A stretch of DNA of 64,000 bases from Octopus sinensis (GCF_006345805.1 NC_042999.1:138074001-138138000); one strand, 5' to 3'. Positions 40,311 to 54,548 are shown, counted from the stretch's first letter. Notes: a model not told the origin generated them from the letters alone. Numbers and translations are program-made.

Positions 40311-41580
40311 ATGACTCTATCAACTTACATTACATAGGGACTGAAAATTAATTGTGAAAGCAAGATACATACTCCCGAGTCATACTCATCTGAGAGTGAT
40401 GGCTATATTTGTGTAAGAATGTATTTAAAGTTGGGGGAGTATAAGTTTCTAACAGAGAAAGTGTCGGTTTCTAATCCAAAAATAAGATTCTTTCATTGAA
40501 AGTTAATAGCATGTATTTATGCATGCACATATGCATTTATGTTTGTTCTGATTTTAGTTTTAAATTTCTCAGGAGCCACTATCTAATCCAGAAGCAAAGC
40601 CTTTTCACTGAAATTTAAATAACATCAACTTGTTGGTTATGTATGTATGTATGTATGTATGTATGTATGTATGTATGTATGTATGTATGTATGTATGTAT
40701 GTATGTATGTATGTATGTATTGTATGTATGTATGTATGTATGTATGTATGTATGCATGTATGCATGTATGTATGTATGATGTATGTATGTATGATGTATG
40801 TATGTATGTATGTGTGTATGTATGTATGTATTTATGTATGTATGTATGTATGTATGTATGTATGTATGTATGTATGTATGTATGTATGTATGTATGTATG
40901 TATGTATGTATGTATGTATGTATTTATGTATGTATGTACGTATATATGTATCTGTACATGTGTATGTTTGAGTGTAACTAAAGATGTTATTGAATGTGTG
41001 GGTATGCTTTATATATCTATACATACACACATACATACATACGTATATATATATATATATATATATGTTGATGACTCTATCAACTTACATTACATAGGGA
41101 CTGAAAATTAATTGTGAAAGCAAGATACATACTCCCGAGTCATACTCATCTGAGAGTGATGGCTATATTTGTGTAAGAATGTATTTAAAGTTGGGGGAGT
41201 ATAAGTTTCTAACAGAGAAAGTGTCGGTTTCTAGTCCAAAAATAAGATTCTTTCATTGAAAGTTAATAGCATGTATTTATGCATGCACATATGCATTTAT
41301 GTTTGTTCTGATTTTAGTTTTAAATTTCTCAGGAGCCACTATCTAATCCAGAAGCAAAGCCTTTTCACTGAAATTTAATAACATCAACTTGTTGGTTATG
41401 TATGTATGTATGTATGTATGTATGTATGTATGTATGTATGTATGTATGTATGTATGTATGCATGTATGCATGTATGCATGTATGTATGTATGTATGTATG
41501 TATGTATGTATGTATGTATGTGTGTATGTATGTATGTTATGCATGTGTATGTGTGTTTATGTGTGTGTTTATATGTGTGT
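40090..41580 (+). repeat. Recent tandem duplication (unique 335-bp block repeated at 760-bp offset, bounded by microsatellites)
   Basis: 40306-40640 and 41066-41400 are nearly identical. Each is preceded by (TA)n and followed by (TATG)n. Confidence 0.92.
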
Positions 41581-41689
41581 GTTCTATTTTTAATTATTTG
41601 AAATCTTCCTGTAAAGAAAGAGCTGGTTTCTAACAAAGATACAAATCTCTATTGTTGGATAGTAAACAATAAATAAATAAATAAATAAA

Positions 41690-42290
41690 TAAAAAGATAA
41701 AATTAAAAATTCACATTTTGAACTTGAGAAAAGTTTTGCATATTTTTACTGTTCCATTTACAGATTGCATTTGCAACATGCGAGTTAGCTGGTTGATTTC
41801 TTTTTCTGGAAAACCTAGCTCATCCTGATTGTCACTAAGTGCACTAATTATTATTGGTATAATTGGGAATTTATAATCTGGGTATAGAATCTGAAGGTTT
41901 CGAAGTAACAGTCTGTAGTTATCCTCTTTGTCTTTCATTTTTTAAGAGATATTCATATCAACAGGGTAGCTGATCTCTATGACTGTTCATACATTTCATG
42001 CCTGTTCTAAACAACATTATCCAGTCTACTATGTTAGAAGTATTGGTAGAAGTTTTAATGAGAATGTTCAACAACATTGAAGAGACACGATCCACTCTTC
42101 GTGACATTTTTCTCTTCAGTGTTGTACGGAGTTTCAATGTCACGGAATTTCTTTTTCTTGCATCGCAATCAAGTTTTCGCGTTGGGCGAAAGGTGTGCTT
42201 GCACACAACTGGTAAACTATTTTCTCTCAAACGACTTAATTCTAAATTACACTGTTGTATCTCTGTTAAGAGATCTCTTGTACGCTCTAC
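41690..42290 (-). mobile_element. RLE-type (R4-like) LINE 3' fragment
   Basis: HSRLDNVV...TVIEISYPVDMNIS*KMKDKEDNY..LQILYPDYKFPIIPIIISAL. A (TAAA)n run lies next to the 3' end. Confidence 0.75.
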
Positions 42291-42299
42291 GATAATGAT

Positions 42300-42465
42300 A
42301 ATGAACGACTATGATAATGATGCATACAATGGAAAAGTTCTTCAAGCACATATGGATAAAATTTCATTGGCATATAATACGTTAGCTCTAACAATAAATC
42401 TTGAGAAAACTGTTGTTCTTTATCGGCCCTGCCCTGGAAAACTTCGTGTGGATCTTAAATGTATG

Positions 42466-42508
<43 letters not shown>

Positions 42509-42770
42509 GGAGAGAGAACGAGAGGTAGGGGGAAATTTATTTTCCTTCAAATAACTTGTCAGCATGTTGTACAGGGATGCAAATTGTGACGAGGGAATTG
42601 CAAATATAATTCGAAGAACATGAATATCTTTTGGAAAATTACAATCTTATGGTAATCACAATGTATAAGAATGACAATAATAGATATCTATTTTCAAAAT
42701 ACGCATTTTGTCTTGTTTGTCATAAAGCTGTGAAACATTATTTTCAAAGCATGTTAAATCCTTTAAGTAT
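42300..42770 (+). mobile_element. RTE-type LINE RT fragment, decayed, split by (GA)n
   Basis: LQAHMDKISLAYNTLALTINLEKTVVLYRP resembles the RTE post-ADD segment (FGLTINxxKT). Confidence 0.6.
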
Positions 42771-43197
42771 TTAAAGAGTTAGTTGCACCTAGAGTGTCTT
42801 TCATGATGGGTATTCTATGTTGAGTTTGATCTGGGAATAAACAAAAACAAAAACAATTACAAGAGAAATATCATGGTTTAATATCTTGGGACATATTTGC
42901 CCAGGCTGATAGGGGAGAAAAAAATATTCGCTTATATGTCACAATCAAAGGCAGAAAACATAAACCTATGCACTCTTTTAGCCAACTCGATGCTTTACAA
43001 CAATAACATTGCACAGAAAGATGTCGAAAAGCTACCAGCATACAAAAGTCTCTGAATGAAAATAAAGAGGGCCCATATAACACGAATAAAATATTAATAC
43101 CATACATAGATTCACATTTTTGGACACAAAACACCCTTCTAGAGAGAGATCAACATTCTAAGACAATTCTCAATTCAATAATATATAATAAAAAAAG

Positions 43198-43440
43198 GTT
43201 AGCCGTCAAACTTAAGTGAATATGACTTGGTGGTATGTGCCATGCGATCATTGATTGTTCTATATGCTATGTAATCGCGAGCAACCAGAGACCCATTCGG
43301 TATTCTGACCTTTGTTCTAGTAAACTTGAAGGATATGACATCTGGAAGGAGAAAGAGCTGCACCAAGCTGAAATTCATTTGCAGCTGAGTAGGCCGAAGT
43401 AACACGGAAAGAGTGCCTTGCTCAAGGATACAATACGTCA
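43198..43440 (-). mobile_element. Old SINE fragment
   Basis: Minus strand TCCTTGAGCAAGGCACTCTTTCC..CCTACTCAGCTGCAAATGAAT resembles the family C central block. Confidence 0.55.
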
Positions 43441-43914
43441 GCTGTATGCTCAATATCTTCAGCACAAAGACACAGGATTATGTACCCAATACTGTACCAT
43501 AGTGTACTCTCACACACACATACCAACACACACATTCACACACACATGCACCCATAACAACAGACACACGCACACACCACATACTTACAGACACACTCAC
43601 ACGCACACACGCATATATATGTACACTTTCTACAGAACGTAAGTTGTATAACAAATTCTTTCCACCGTACAAACGATAGCATCTCTCCAGCCAGGAACAC
43701 GGAGGGGAGCGTAGCAGCGTAGTGTAAAACTAGCATGAAACTATTGAAAACAATAGCAATAATAATAATCATTATGTTTCTTGTTACGATAATAATAATA
43801 ATTATTATTATGTTAACAACAAAAGGACAATTATAATATATATACGTGCACAGCTGTTGAATCTGCGTGCATATACCCTTTTGCTATAAGTATGCCATAT
43901 ACGCGTTTTTATGT

Positions 43915-43959
<45 letters not shown>

Positions 43960-44459
43960 TGGATGTGCTAGTTCGTACGTGTTAGATTTTGAGATGTGCT
44001 AGTTCGTGTGTTTGCGCGTATGTATTTATGTATACAATTGTTTTTATGTGTATTTATGTGTATGTGTGTGTGTGGGCGCATGCATGCTTTAGAATAAGTT
44101 TTAGCTATAATTTTATTAATATCATTTCTAGTTCCTCCACTCCTAGATTTGTTGTATTATACAAAGACATTTTTCTTTCCAACTCAGTCGCTCCCAACTA
44201 AACCATCAACAGACACAACAAACAAAACAAAACAAAAAAGAAATAAGGACAACATTGTGACTGTCTTGTTTCTTTTTCATGTCTCTTGTATTATTCTAAG
44301 CATGCCATCAGTTCGAGGAGTGTCATTACTGTCGATCGTTAAGCAGCCATCTTTGAGGTGACCCAGAAACTGTACTTATTGTCACGTATGTAATGTCATG
44401 TCATTTTTTTAATGACTATCAATGTCCTTGCTTGTGACACCACTGATAATAATAACAAG

Positions 44460-45125
44460 CCTTACGAAGTCTTTTGATTTACTAGAAACAACAGCTAAAT
44501 TTCTATCAACTCACACACCGCCATCTTGAAAAAAGAGGATATTAGTCAGGGAAAAGAATGATGGATGGCCATAGATGGAATGTCAATGATCAGAGCTGAC
44601 CTGTTCACTCCACTGATAAGACCCTATGACAGATCTGCTCTGTCGATTGGTTCACTTGCTTGGAATAGTAATCAACTCGCCATCAATCCACACCCTAACA
44701 TTAAATAAAGAGAGATACAATGACCAATGCTGTCATTAGTATACGTAAATGTCATGGCAGGAACGTCTTTAATCAGAGGGATCTTGACCTTGGCCAAACT
44801 GGTGATAATCAACAGCAAAAACAAGAGTAGGTCTGATACAAACTAACAGGAACCTCAGAGCTGTCGCACGACTTGCTAGAAATGTTAGCCAAATCACCCT
44901 CAAATATTGAAAAACATTTTGGATAAGGTAGGTCTAGGTACACTATATTTGGAAAAGAAAAAAACTAGCTGGGCAGGGCTGGATCTGGTCGTTTTGGGTT
45001 TGTCTTTCTGCTAAATAACAATAACAGCAGCAACAACAAAAAACAGCACCTGTACGTGGTGTGTGACTAGCTTGAAATCAAGTCAAATTTTTCTCAAGCC
45101 ATGTCCTACTGTCTTAGAAAAGGAC
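44460..45125 (+). repeat. Degenerate tandem array (about 4 units of about 190-200 bp) of a dispersed repeat
   Basis: Motif (CTTGC)TAGAAATAGCAGCCAAATC..CCTCAAATC.CACCCT..C.TCTT recurs near 44480, 44655, 44872 and 45068. Single copies lie near 4270, 47710 (-), 50455 and 55995 (-). Confidence 0.6.
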
Positions 45126-45129
45126 GAGC

Positions 45130-45790
45130 AGTGGTACCGTTTGTAGACCTGATCAAATTGGTCGACACTGTGAACATGTAGGGTCTGTGTAAAATCATGG
45201 AACAACTGGGATGCTCTGCAGAGTTCATCAACATGTCATCCAGCTACATGCTACACGAGGATCAGCGCAGCTAAGTCAGGTGCAATAACGAGCTTCTTAA
45301 ACCCTTTCCCATAGGGAACGGAGCAAATCAGTATTGCGTCCTGGCACCTACCCTCTTCAATATTTTCGTCAGAATTTTCATTATCTTATTCAGAAGACCT
45401 TAATGGCGAGGACGATCCCTACATCCGATACCGCATTGATGGCAGCGAGTTCAACATCAAGGGACTGGAAAAACTCCTACGGGAGGTATTCTTTGCCAAC
45501 TGTGCTCTGCTTGTTGCACTCGCACAGTCAGTTCTTCAGCTTATAATGTACAACAGAATCTAGAACAAAAACAGCTGAGTGGAGGCACATCAGTATGTGC
45601 GTGTCTGTTGAACTGTACTGATCATCCTCCTGTTTGGCTCGAAGTAATGGGTTACCAGCTGTCACCACCATTGACTTCTCGAGGACTTTCAACAGCGCTG
45701 CCTCTGTACCATTTTCAACATCTGCTAGAGTACGTTGTTACCAACACTGAAATCTTCGATCAAACAGGCATAACTTATCAGGGTTGAGGT
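45130..45790 (+). mobile_element. RTE-type LINE RT fragment, decayed
   Basis: FVDLIKLVDTVN, GLCKIMEQLGCSAEFINM, GNGANQYCVLAPTLFNIF and YIRYRIDGSEFN. Confidence 0.8.
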
Positions 45791-45917
45791 TATGCTGTTA
45801 AAGTTACTAGTGCGGTAGACAGGAAACATTTCCAATATAGGGGATCATTCCCATGATGTTGCTGATAGTGAACATTTCATTGGCTACCGTGAAAGGACGA
45901 ACACACACACACACAAA

Positions 45918-46007
<90 letters not shown>

Positions 46008-46212
46008 TCTGTATAATCATAAATACTGCAGTTTTTCATTTCTTTAGAGGTCCGAAAAAATATAATCTTGTTACAGCCTATACAATTGCATTAAATTCTC
46101 TTTATTAGGACACACCTTGTGGTGCTTTAATCTATATGGTAGGATGGATGCAAATGATTTTCACCAAAACATTTGTAGAAGGTGTGTGTTTTGCTGTTAT
46201 TGTCGTTGTTTA

Positions 46213-46425
46213 AAGGCAGTGAGCTGGTAGAACAGTTACGGTGTCGGACAAAATGCTTAGCGGCATTTCTTCCAACTTTATGTTCTGAGCTCAAATGTCA
46301 GCGACGTCGACTTTGCCTTTCATCCTTTCAGATTTGATAAAATAAGTACCGGTTGGGCACTGGGGTTGATGTAGTCGACTAACCCATTCTCACAAAATTT
46401 CAGGCCTTTTACCTATAGTAGAAAG
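46213..46425 (+). mobile_element. SINE family B, diverged
   Basis: GGCAGTGAGCTGGTAGAA...GTCGACTTTGCCTTCATCCTTTC...GATAAAATAAGTACC. Confidence 0.82.
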
Positions 46426-46640
46426 TTTTGTTGTTTAATCCCAGGTCACATCTAATGAAGCAGGCGTTGATTAGCTCCAATTCACTTCTGATAATTCTGT
46501 ACGTATTAAATGAATAATGTATTTAGGATAGTATTATCCTTGACAGACATATCTTTTACTTTTATGACAGTAAGGTGTGATTTAAGAGCGATTTTGGATT
46601 TGTTTCTAGAAGATCTAGCAACCAAGTATAAGCTCTTTTC

Positions 46641-47058
46641 CTCTTTCTTTATTGCCCACAAGGGGCTAAACATAGAGGGGACAAACAAGGACAGACAAAG
46701 GGATTAAGTCGATTATATCGACCCCAGTGCGTAACTGCTACTTAATTTATCGACCCCGAAAGGATGAAAGGCAAAGTCGGCTTTGGTGGAATTTGAACTC
46801 AGAATGTAACGGCATACAAACTACCTATTTCTTTACTACCCACAAGGAGCTAGACACAGAGGGGACAAACAAGGACAGACAAACGGATTAAGTCGATTAC
46901 ATCGACCCCAGTGCGTAACTGGTACTTAATTTATCGACCCCGAAAGGATGAAAGGCAAAGTCGACCTCCGCGGAATTTGAACTCAAAACGTAACGGCAGA
47001 CAAAATGTGGCTACGCATTTCACCCGGCGTGCTAACGTTTCTGCCAGCTCGCCGCCTT
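46641..47058 (-). mobile_element. SINE family B with tandemly duplicated 3' portion and 16-bp TSD
   Basis: Complete unit 46825-47058 plus headless unit 46641-46820. TSD AGTATAAGCTCTTTTC at 46625-46640 and 47059-47074. Confidence 0.92.
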
Positions 47059-47442
47059 AGTATAAGCTCTTTTCTTGGCTCACAGAATGTTTTGTGATAG
47101 TGATTGGTATATCGTTTGCTCTTTTAGTAGTTCTAGTCTTTGAAGTGCGGTCATGCTGTTGTGACATAACCTTCAGAGGTTTTAGTCAATTATATCGACA
47201 CAAGTACTTATTGACTTTGGAGAAAGATAAAAAATACGGTGTATGTAACCGAAAACAAGGTATTTTTCTCGGCGCCCCATTGATTATGTTATCCCACGCC
47301 CATATATGTGTGAATGTGTGTGTGTGTGCATACACACACATATACACACATACATGCATACACACAGGCATTCAGACACACATACGCACACACACACGTT
47401 TGTATGTATGTATATATATATATATACATACATGCATACTTC

Positions 47443-47473
<31 letters not shown>

Positions 47474-49779
47474 GGAAGTATGCATGTATGTATGTATGTA
47501 TGTATGTATGTATGTATGTATGTATGTATGTATGTATGTGTGTATGTATGTACATATATGTATATATATGAGTATATATGTATTTATGTTAGTGCCTTAG
47601 TCCTGCTAGAGCAAACAGATGATCAAATGCATACCAACCATGACCCACTCATCTGTTTAGACACTGTGAATGTAGCAATATATTATCCAATGTATCCTTT
47701 TCATTTTTAAGAAGGTAGAGTGTGATTTGAGGGAGATTTGGGTTCTATTTCTAGCAGATCGAGCGACTACTAAGAGTATCCTATATGGTAGTAGTGGTGG
47801 TGTTAAATATTCAAATGGGCGAGAATAGATCTCAAGGGACCCCTAATTTATGTTTTTTGATAAATTGGCGGAAATTAACCGAGTGCTTCTACTTTGAAGT
47901 TCTGATTAATAACCGCAGTGTTGGCGTCAAGGCAGTAGAGCTAGTCCATAAGTTTTGTGTAGCGTTACTACAAATGTTAGTAAATGTATAAAAATCGCTA
48001 AGCAGCAGATTAATTTTATTGTCGCAATTACTATCTAGAATTACAAACACATTATCTTTGTCGGTTTTCTTTTATAGAAATAATTTTATTCAAAGAGTTG
48101 TAGGTTCAAAGTGTCAACCTCTTCTTACCCTTTCTATCTCTGTATTTTGTTCTAGTTTACTGCCTAATAAAGGTTTCCTACGACATATACATACAACTCC
48201 CAAAACTTATGGCACTTGAAGTCAGTGAATTGACTAGTTAAGCAGTTTTATACTGACAGTAAATGTACTTTACCCTCGATTCAACAAAGGAAGCCAAGCA
48301 AGTGGCCTAAGTTACCGCCTTAGACACCATGACTTCTAATCCCTAATACAACTTAATCTCATAACCCAAAACTTTCTGCGGCAGCATGCTTAGATTATGG
48401 AGAGAGATTATAGCTGAAACCCAACCCCCAGAAAAACTTACCTCTACCAAAAGGGTGGCATTTATCTACCACTTCAGTTCCGTTATGACTATCACCCGAA
48501 AGATGAAATTTACCTTAGTGTATCGCACATTCTACAAGTTCTTCAACTGCAACCAGCTCTTTTTCATTTCTTATTGAGATATATCTACCAACTTTAGAGA
48601 ATCCTACCACCTTTCACTTCTCTGCCGTAATGCCTCTGTAAGCAGAGTTCCTTGAAGAAAGCTTCCTTATTTTGCAGTAACTCCCTTTGAATTCAATTCC
48701 ACATTGCAAAGGCTAAACCCAAAATTATCCCCAAACGTTTCTTCTTCACTCAGCCAATGTCAACACGATACAAATATAACGTCGGGTGTGGAAGCAACCG
48801 GAGTTTTGAATCAAAAGTCCATCGTCCCTTTTCATTGTTCTCTCTGTTACCCTTAATGTTGTGTTGAAGACCTATCATATATTCTTAAATATTTTCTCTC
48901 TAGATAGGTTTATTGAATAAGTGGGTGAAAAGAAATTAGAATACCAAACTAAAACCATATGCAGGTAATAGCTACGCTGCTACAGTGGGTATATAACATA
49001 GTAGTTAAAAACTTTAGCTATTTTAATTAAAATAAGAATTTGAAAACAATTCCCTTAAACATTCACGTTAAGCATACAAAATAGAATAAATTTTAGACTT
49101 TAAGATTAAGAAGCGCACCGCATTTATGAACAAAGGGTTTAATAAAAGCTACTGCATTAACATATACTTATTACACAACACATATGTCCGACAAATAGGA
49201 GATAACTGCCACTAAGTTTACTTAGAAGCGCGAGAGAACTTCTGCGTAATCGCTCGATCTGGAAAAAAGATGAGATGAGATGGTAATGGCCTGATTAAAT
49301 AACGACGACAACGACAGTAACAACACGAAAGTGTTACATATACTAAACAAATTAATTAGTAAAGAATAAACTTACAAACTTGTAAATCAAACCATATAGG
49401 AATTTACCACCTTCAAGAAAACAAAAACAGACAATTGATAGCTACTGACGTCAGACTGGCCAGTATAAAATCGATAGAATAATTGTGTTGAAATTACTCG
49501 CACTGATCAAATTTAGATTTAGCTGTATATTTATTAAGATTCAAAACTAAGTTATACTCTTTTAAGTAACAGCAATGAAAACAAATAACCACTAAGTATA
49601 TGCTCGATTCACCAACGCAAGCACAACCCTCTATAAAGCAAAGATTGGATCACAAAAGCTTGTGTTCTTCATAGCCAGAAAGTACTTCAAGCTTCATACA
49701 ATTACTAACCCTCTACAAAGTTCAGGTAGCTACTATAATAGCTTATTGCTCCCATATTTAGAACAATGCTGCTGCTAAA

Positions 49780-50050
49780 TGTACAGAGACATCCTAGACA
49801 CAATCCAAAGAAAGGGCATCCGACTGATTAGCATAAAATATTTCACCGTTACACTGTAACCTACAAGCATGTTGTATTTCCTCTCTATTCTACCGATACT
49901 ACAGTGGTCTCTACTCCGTAGAGTTGGATGATATCGTCTCACCTCTCTCATCTTTCCTCTTCTCATTACCCATGCTGTGCCGCTTTAAGATCCTCGTTAA
50001 CCACAACACCCAGTACACCATTCAACCTTCAAGCTTTTCCTCCCGGTACA
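49780..50050 (+). mobile_element. Ancient CR1/Jockey-group LINE 3' relic
   Basis: SLFYRYYSGLYSVELDDIVSPL resembles the LSLFYRYYxGxCSxEL motif. A related LWNxLP-like piece lies at 55050-55170. Confidence 0.5.
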
Positions 50051-50644
50051 TGTTTTATTCTTCAGCGACGATCAATTTGCAGCTGTCCGATTCGGGCATT
50101 AGATTGATTTCATCCGCCTCGGAGGACTTGTCAAGACCATGGGAAACAGTCCATTCCTCTAGACTAGTAGGCCTCTTTCTTACCTGTGGACCCATTGTTT
50201 CCTGTTTTACTCGAGTGAGACCCTCATAGTCATTTGATGTGTAAGCAACCCCTATTGTATTTTTATAATTAAATATTATTAGGAATTGTATAAAAATAAT
50301 ATATTTTGTGTATTGTAGAAGTAAAAACAATTTATCGCACATAAATTTTATCAACAAAATATTATGTGGATCCCCAAGGGTCATATGGACTCTGGTTGAG
50401 AAAAACATGACTCAACGAACTAAAAGAGGGGTTCAATCATATGGTCGATCGTCTTCCTAGAAATAACAACCATATATACCTTAAATCCTAACCTTCTTGA
50501 AAAGGAAAAGTGACATGAATTCAGGACAATACATCAACCTAAATATTCATTATGAGTGAAAGGAAAAAAAAACGTATATAAATTCCAAATAGATAGATAG
50601 ATAGATATATAGATAGATAGATAGATATAGATAGATAGATAGAT

Positions 50645-50690
<46 letters not shown>

Positions 50691-52234
50691 CAGCAGGAGG
50701 CTTCATTATATGAGGGTTAATGTAACATCAACGTTCCATCGTTTGATGAATACCGGATCAGAAGCCAATGTGTGGCCCTTAAAAGGTATTTCAAATACTT
50801 CACACAGTAAAGTAACTAAATTTGAAGGAAGAAAAAATTTTTTAATTATACACACATACGTGCGTACACAGACATACCGCAAGAAAGCACATAAATAAGT
50901 AGACAAGCAAACGCACGTATAGTTATTAGAGTAATATTATAATTTAGATGCCCGTGACCTGGTTAAACGCGCCAATATTGAACGCATCTCTGTAGTTGGG
51001 CGAAGTTAATATGGTTAATGTTCAGTTCGAATTCCTAGCGGTAAGGCCTTGAGAGGAGAAATAGGCTAAAAAGGTGTTCTAAAAGATGATAGTTAAGATT
51101 GGGAAAGTGATTAGAGATAATGATTGAGACAATATGGAGGACAGGAGTAGAAGACACTGGTAAAATACAAAAAAAAAAAAAAAGGGCACAGGTGGGGCTG
51201 GTGTACAGTCAGCGGGTTCAGAGGAACAAAAGAGACTGGAACGAAAAAAATAATAATATAAATGAAACATGTCAGTTGGATATTAGATAGTAATGACAAT
51301 ATTTCGATTTCCGAAAGGGGGGAAAAAAGTATATGTTCGTGGACAGAACCAGAGTTGCATTTCTAGTTAATGATATGTAAGTAAAGCCAACTGTCTAAAT
51401 TGCTGCTTTACAAGGGAAAGGTCAAATGGGGTGAAAAAAAATGTGTTTCGCAATCCGCAAAATAAAACAAAAAAATGCAGTCTGAATATTATGTATTTAT
51501 TTATTTGTTATTCTTTATCAAAGTAAGGCAAATTACCCTGGTCACGTGAATAAAATGGCGTGGGAACAATGAAGGAGCTTCTGACGTTACAAACTTCCCA
51601 CTGAGAGGGAAATGTCTACTTAATTTTTGTATACATATACAGAGTTTTCCCGAAGCTTAAACAAATTGATCAATTAAAATTATTGTCAATCTGAGGCCTG
51701 GTCCCAGTGGTTTTACTGTTTTAAGAGCACTCCTGTTTTCTTTTGTTATTGTTTATTTTACACTTAATTTTTCTTTTGGATTTTTGACAACTTCGACCTC
51801 TTTTTGGTGAGAGTGAACGTAATTTTCCCATCGAGTTTCAGATACGACCATTCAACCATTGTAACAATGTTCACCTCGAATATTGTCTATTTTAATTTCT
51901 AATTCTGTATTCGATGAGACTGGGCGAGACCCGTAATTAGTAATTAATGGGAAGTTGAATAAATATCTAATTTAGAAACAAAACTCAATATTTATATTTT
52001 CACTGTACACAACTGAACAACTGGGAGGGTGTGCGGTTTGATGGGAATTAATAGAACTCCAAAAGTCATTATAAATGCAGGATTGTTCATGGAGACTCTA
52101 TATGTTATATACTTGTTCGTTAGTGACTCACTCATCGGTTAGACATGGCACAGGCAGTGCTATTTTGATTAATGACCGAGGTAGAACAGATATCATCGAA
52201 ACGGTCCATTTGTAATGAAGGGTGAGGTAAATAG

Positions 52235-52267
<33 letters not shown>

Positions 52268-52814
52268 TGTGTTATCGGATCCACGTGCATATAAAGTTGT
52301 AAAATATATAGGGGGGTATATTTTACGTAGTTCAAACATTATCTGGCATAGAACTCAATACGAACTCATATGGATCTTAAGTGTAGTTTTTAGACTGACA
52401 TCGGCAGCGTGTGCGATAGCAGACCAAATACTGTGCAAGTCCGATGGCAGCTATGTCTGGTTCGACCGAACCTGCGTTCAATATTGGTCTTTCTAACAGT
52501 TGATGTAATAGTGGGGGCTCTATCTAGTTAGGTTCGGGCAGGACAAGTACTTGTTAAGTTCAATAATTGATGTATAAATTCAATAATTAAATTTAATAAT
52601 AGTTAATGCCGGACTGAATTGTATATAGATATTTGCATTCAAAGAACTTGTTGGTGTATACTCCTATGTACACAAGCACTGACTAATATACATACAAATA
52701 CACACATAGTTATGACTTTATTGACTTAGGGAAAAGTGAATATTTTTGAATTACTGAATTAAATACGTATGCGACAAAATTACTGGTGATATGGATTGAA
52801 AATTTATATAAATG

Positions 52815-53004
52815 GGCAGAGGCAGGCATGACTGTGTGGTTCGTTTCGCAATCATGTACTTTCGAGTTCAGCCCCACAGCGCGCCTTCGAACCGAAAAGT
52901 GTCTTGAGAGTGAATTTGGTAGACGTGAATTGAAGACATTTGCCTTAGGTGTCACGCAGTGGGACAGAACCCAGAGCCATGTGGTTGGGAAGCAAGCTTA
53001 TTAC

Positions 53005-53008
<4 letters not shown>
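52815..53008. mobile_element. Two opposed SINE family A heads
   Basis: Plus-strand head 52815-52937, then minus-strand head 52938-53008 (CAGTGGGACAGAACC..CCATGTGGTTGGGAAGCAAGCTT). Confidence 0.6.
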
Positions 53009-53037
<29 letters not shown>

Positions 53038-53100
53038 ACACATATACAACAGAGAGAGAGAGAGAGAGAAAGAGAGAAGGGAGGAAGGAATAGAATTTAG

Positions 53101-53285
53101 CAGTGCCTCTCATCCTCTTTTCACTTGCGGTACACTTATATTCTTTTCAAAATTCGGCGGCACACTTGAACTAAAAATATAACTAAAAGTATAGGGAAAA
53201 GAATTATGCTCAAGTTACACTGCGGCACACCTAGCATCGTCACGTGACACACCAGTGAGCCGCGGCATACTGGTTGCGGAGCGCT
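53101..53285. mobile_element. Possible hAT-type MITE
   Basis: Starts CAGTGCCTCTCA, has repeated GCGGCACAC motifs and ends GGTTGCGGAGCGCT. No clear TSD. Confidence 0.4.
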
Positions 53286-53501
53286 AAAGTTGCGGGTGAG
53301 AGACATTCGGCAGAAAAAAGGGGCAGAGAATAACCGAAATTAAGGAAAGGACAGTCATAAAAACACAAGTGTTTTGTCCTTTGTTTAATTTCGGCCATGG
53401 TGTGCCCCTTTTTCTATCGAATGTCCCTATTCGTTCTATTCCTTCCTCTCTTCCTTTCTTACCTTGTCTTCCAAATCAACACTTCTCTTCCCTTTACTAT
53501 A

Positions 53502-53532
<31 letters not shown>

Positions 53533-53566
53533 CATACATAATACACACACACACATATATGTATGT

Positions 53567-53644
<78 letters not shown>

Positions 53645-53647
53645 ATG

Positions 53648-53682
<35 letters not shown>

Positions 53683-53683
<1 letters not shown>

Positions 53684-53734
53684 GAAAATATTAGTCTGAC
53701 TAAATGTTTTACATACACACACATATATATACAT

Positions 53735-53808
<74 letters not shown>

Positions 53809-53866
53809 GTATATGTATATATATGTGTGTGTGTATGTAAAACATTTAGTCAGACTAATATTTTCT
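53683..53866. repeat. Palindrome centred on a (TA)n tract
   Basis: AGAAAATATTAGTCTGACTAAATGTTTTACATAC...(TA)n...GTATGTAAAACATTTAGTCAGACTAATATTTTCT. Confidence 0.92.
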
Positions 53867-54548
53867 TTTCTCCCTGTCTGTATAATCTGTCACTCACTCT
53901 CATTCTTTCTCTCTCTCTTTGTTATCAGCAACATCCAGTTGTTACTAAATCTAGTGTGACTAATTTTCTTCAAACTTGCAGTTTATCTATTCCACATTTC
54001 GATGTTAATCGGTTTGAATCCGAAATAAACCTTCTGCTCTTGATACTCGCTAGTCCTTATCGTCTAGCGCACCGAATGCCAACTATCTATGATATTATTT
54101 TCTTTTCGTTCTTGTTGTTAATGATTCATTTGAGCGTTCCTTTTTTGTGTTACTTTCTTGGATTTCTGACGTCATCAATGACGTAAGCAGCAACAGGTTA
54201 CAATATAGATATTTAATATATATGTGTATAAGACGTGCATACACACACATATATATGAACTTTCTATCATCTTGAGTATTGATTACTTAATATCTACACA
54301 CAGACTCGTTCGGCCTCTAGTCCTCAGTGAGCTGTCTCCTTTCCTCGCCTTTTCTGCCACTAATATAATGCCTTTCGCTCCTTGGAACTAGTTGGTCTCA
54401 TAATAAATAAATAAATTTATTAATCCAATTTACATCGAATATTTTTTTTATCGATTACAGTAAGTAAAGATTACATAAAAGTATTTTTTCAGAAATTGCA
54501 TAAAAAATCGAATTAAGCCCTTTCGCAGCTTGGCTGCTTTGAGTAAGT

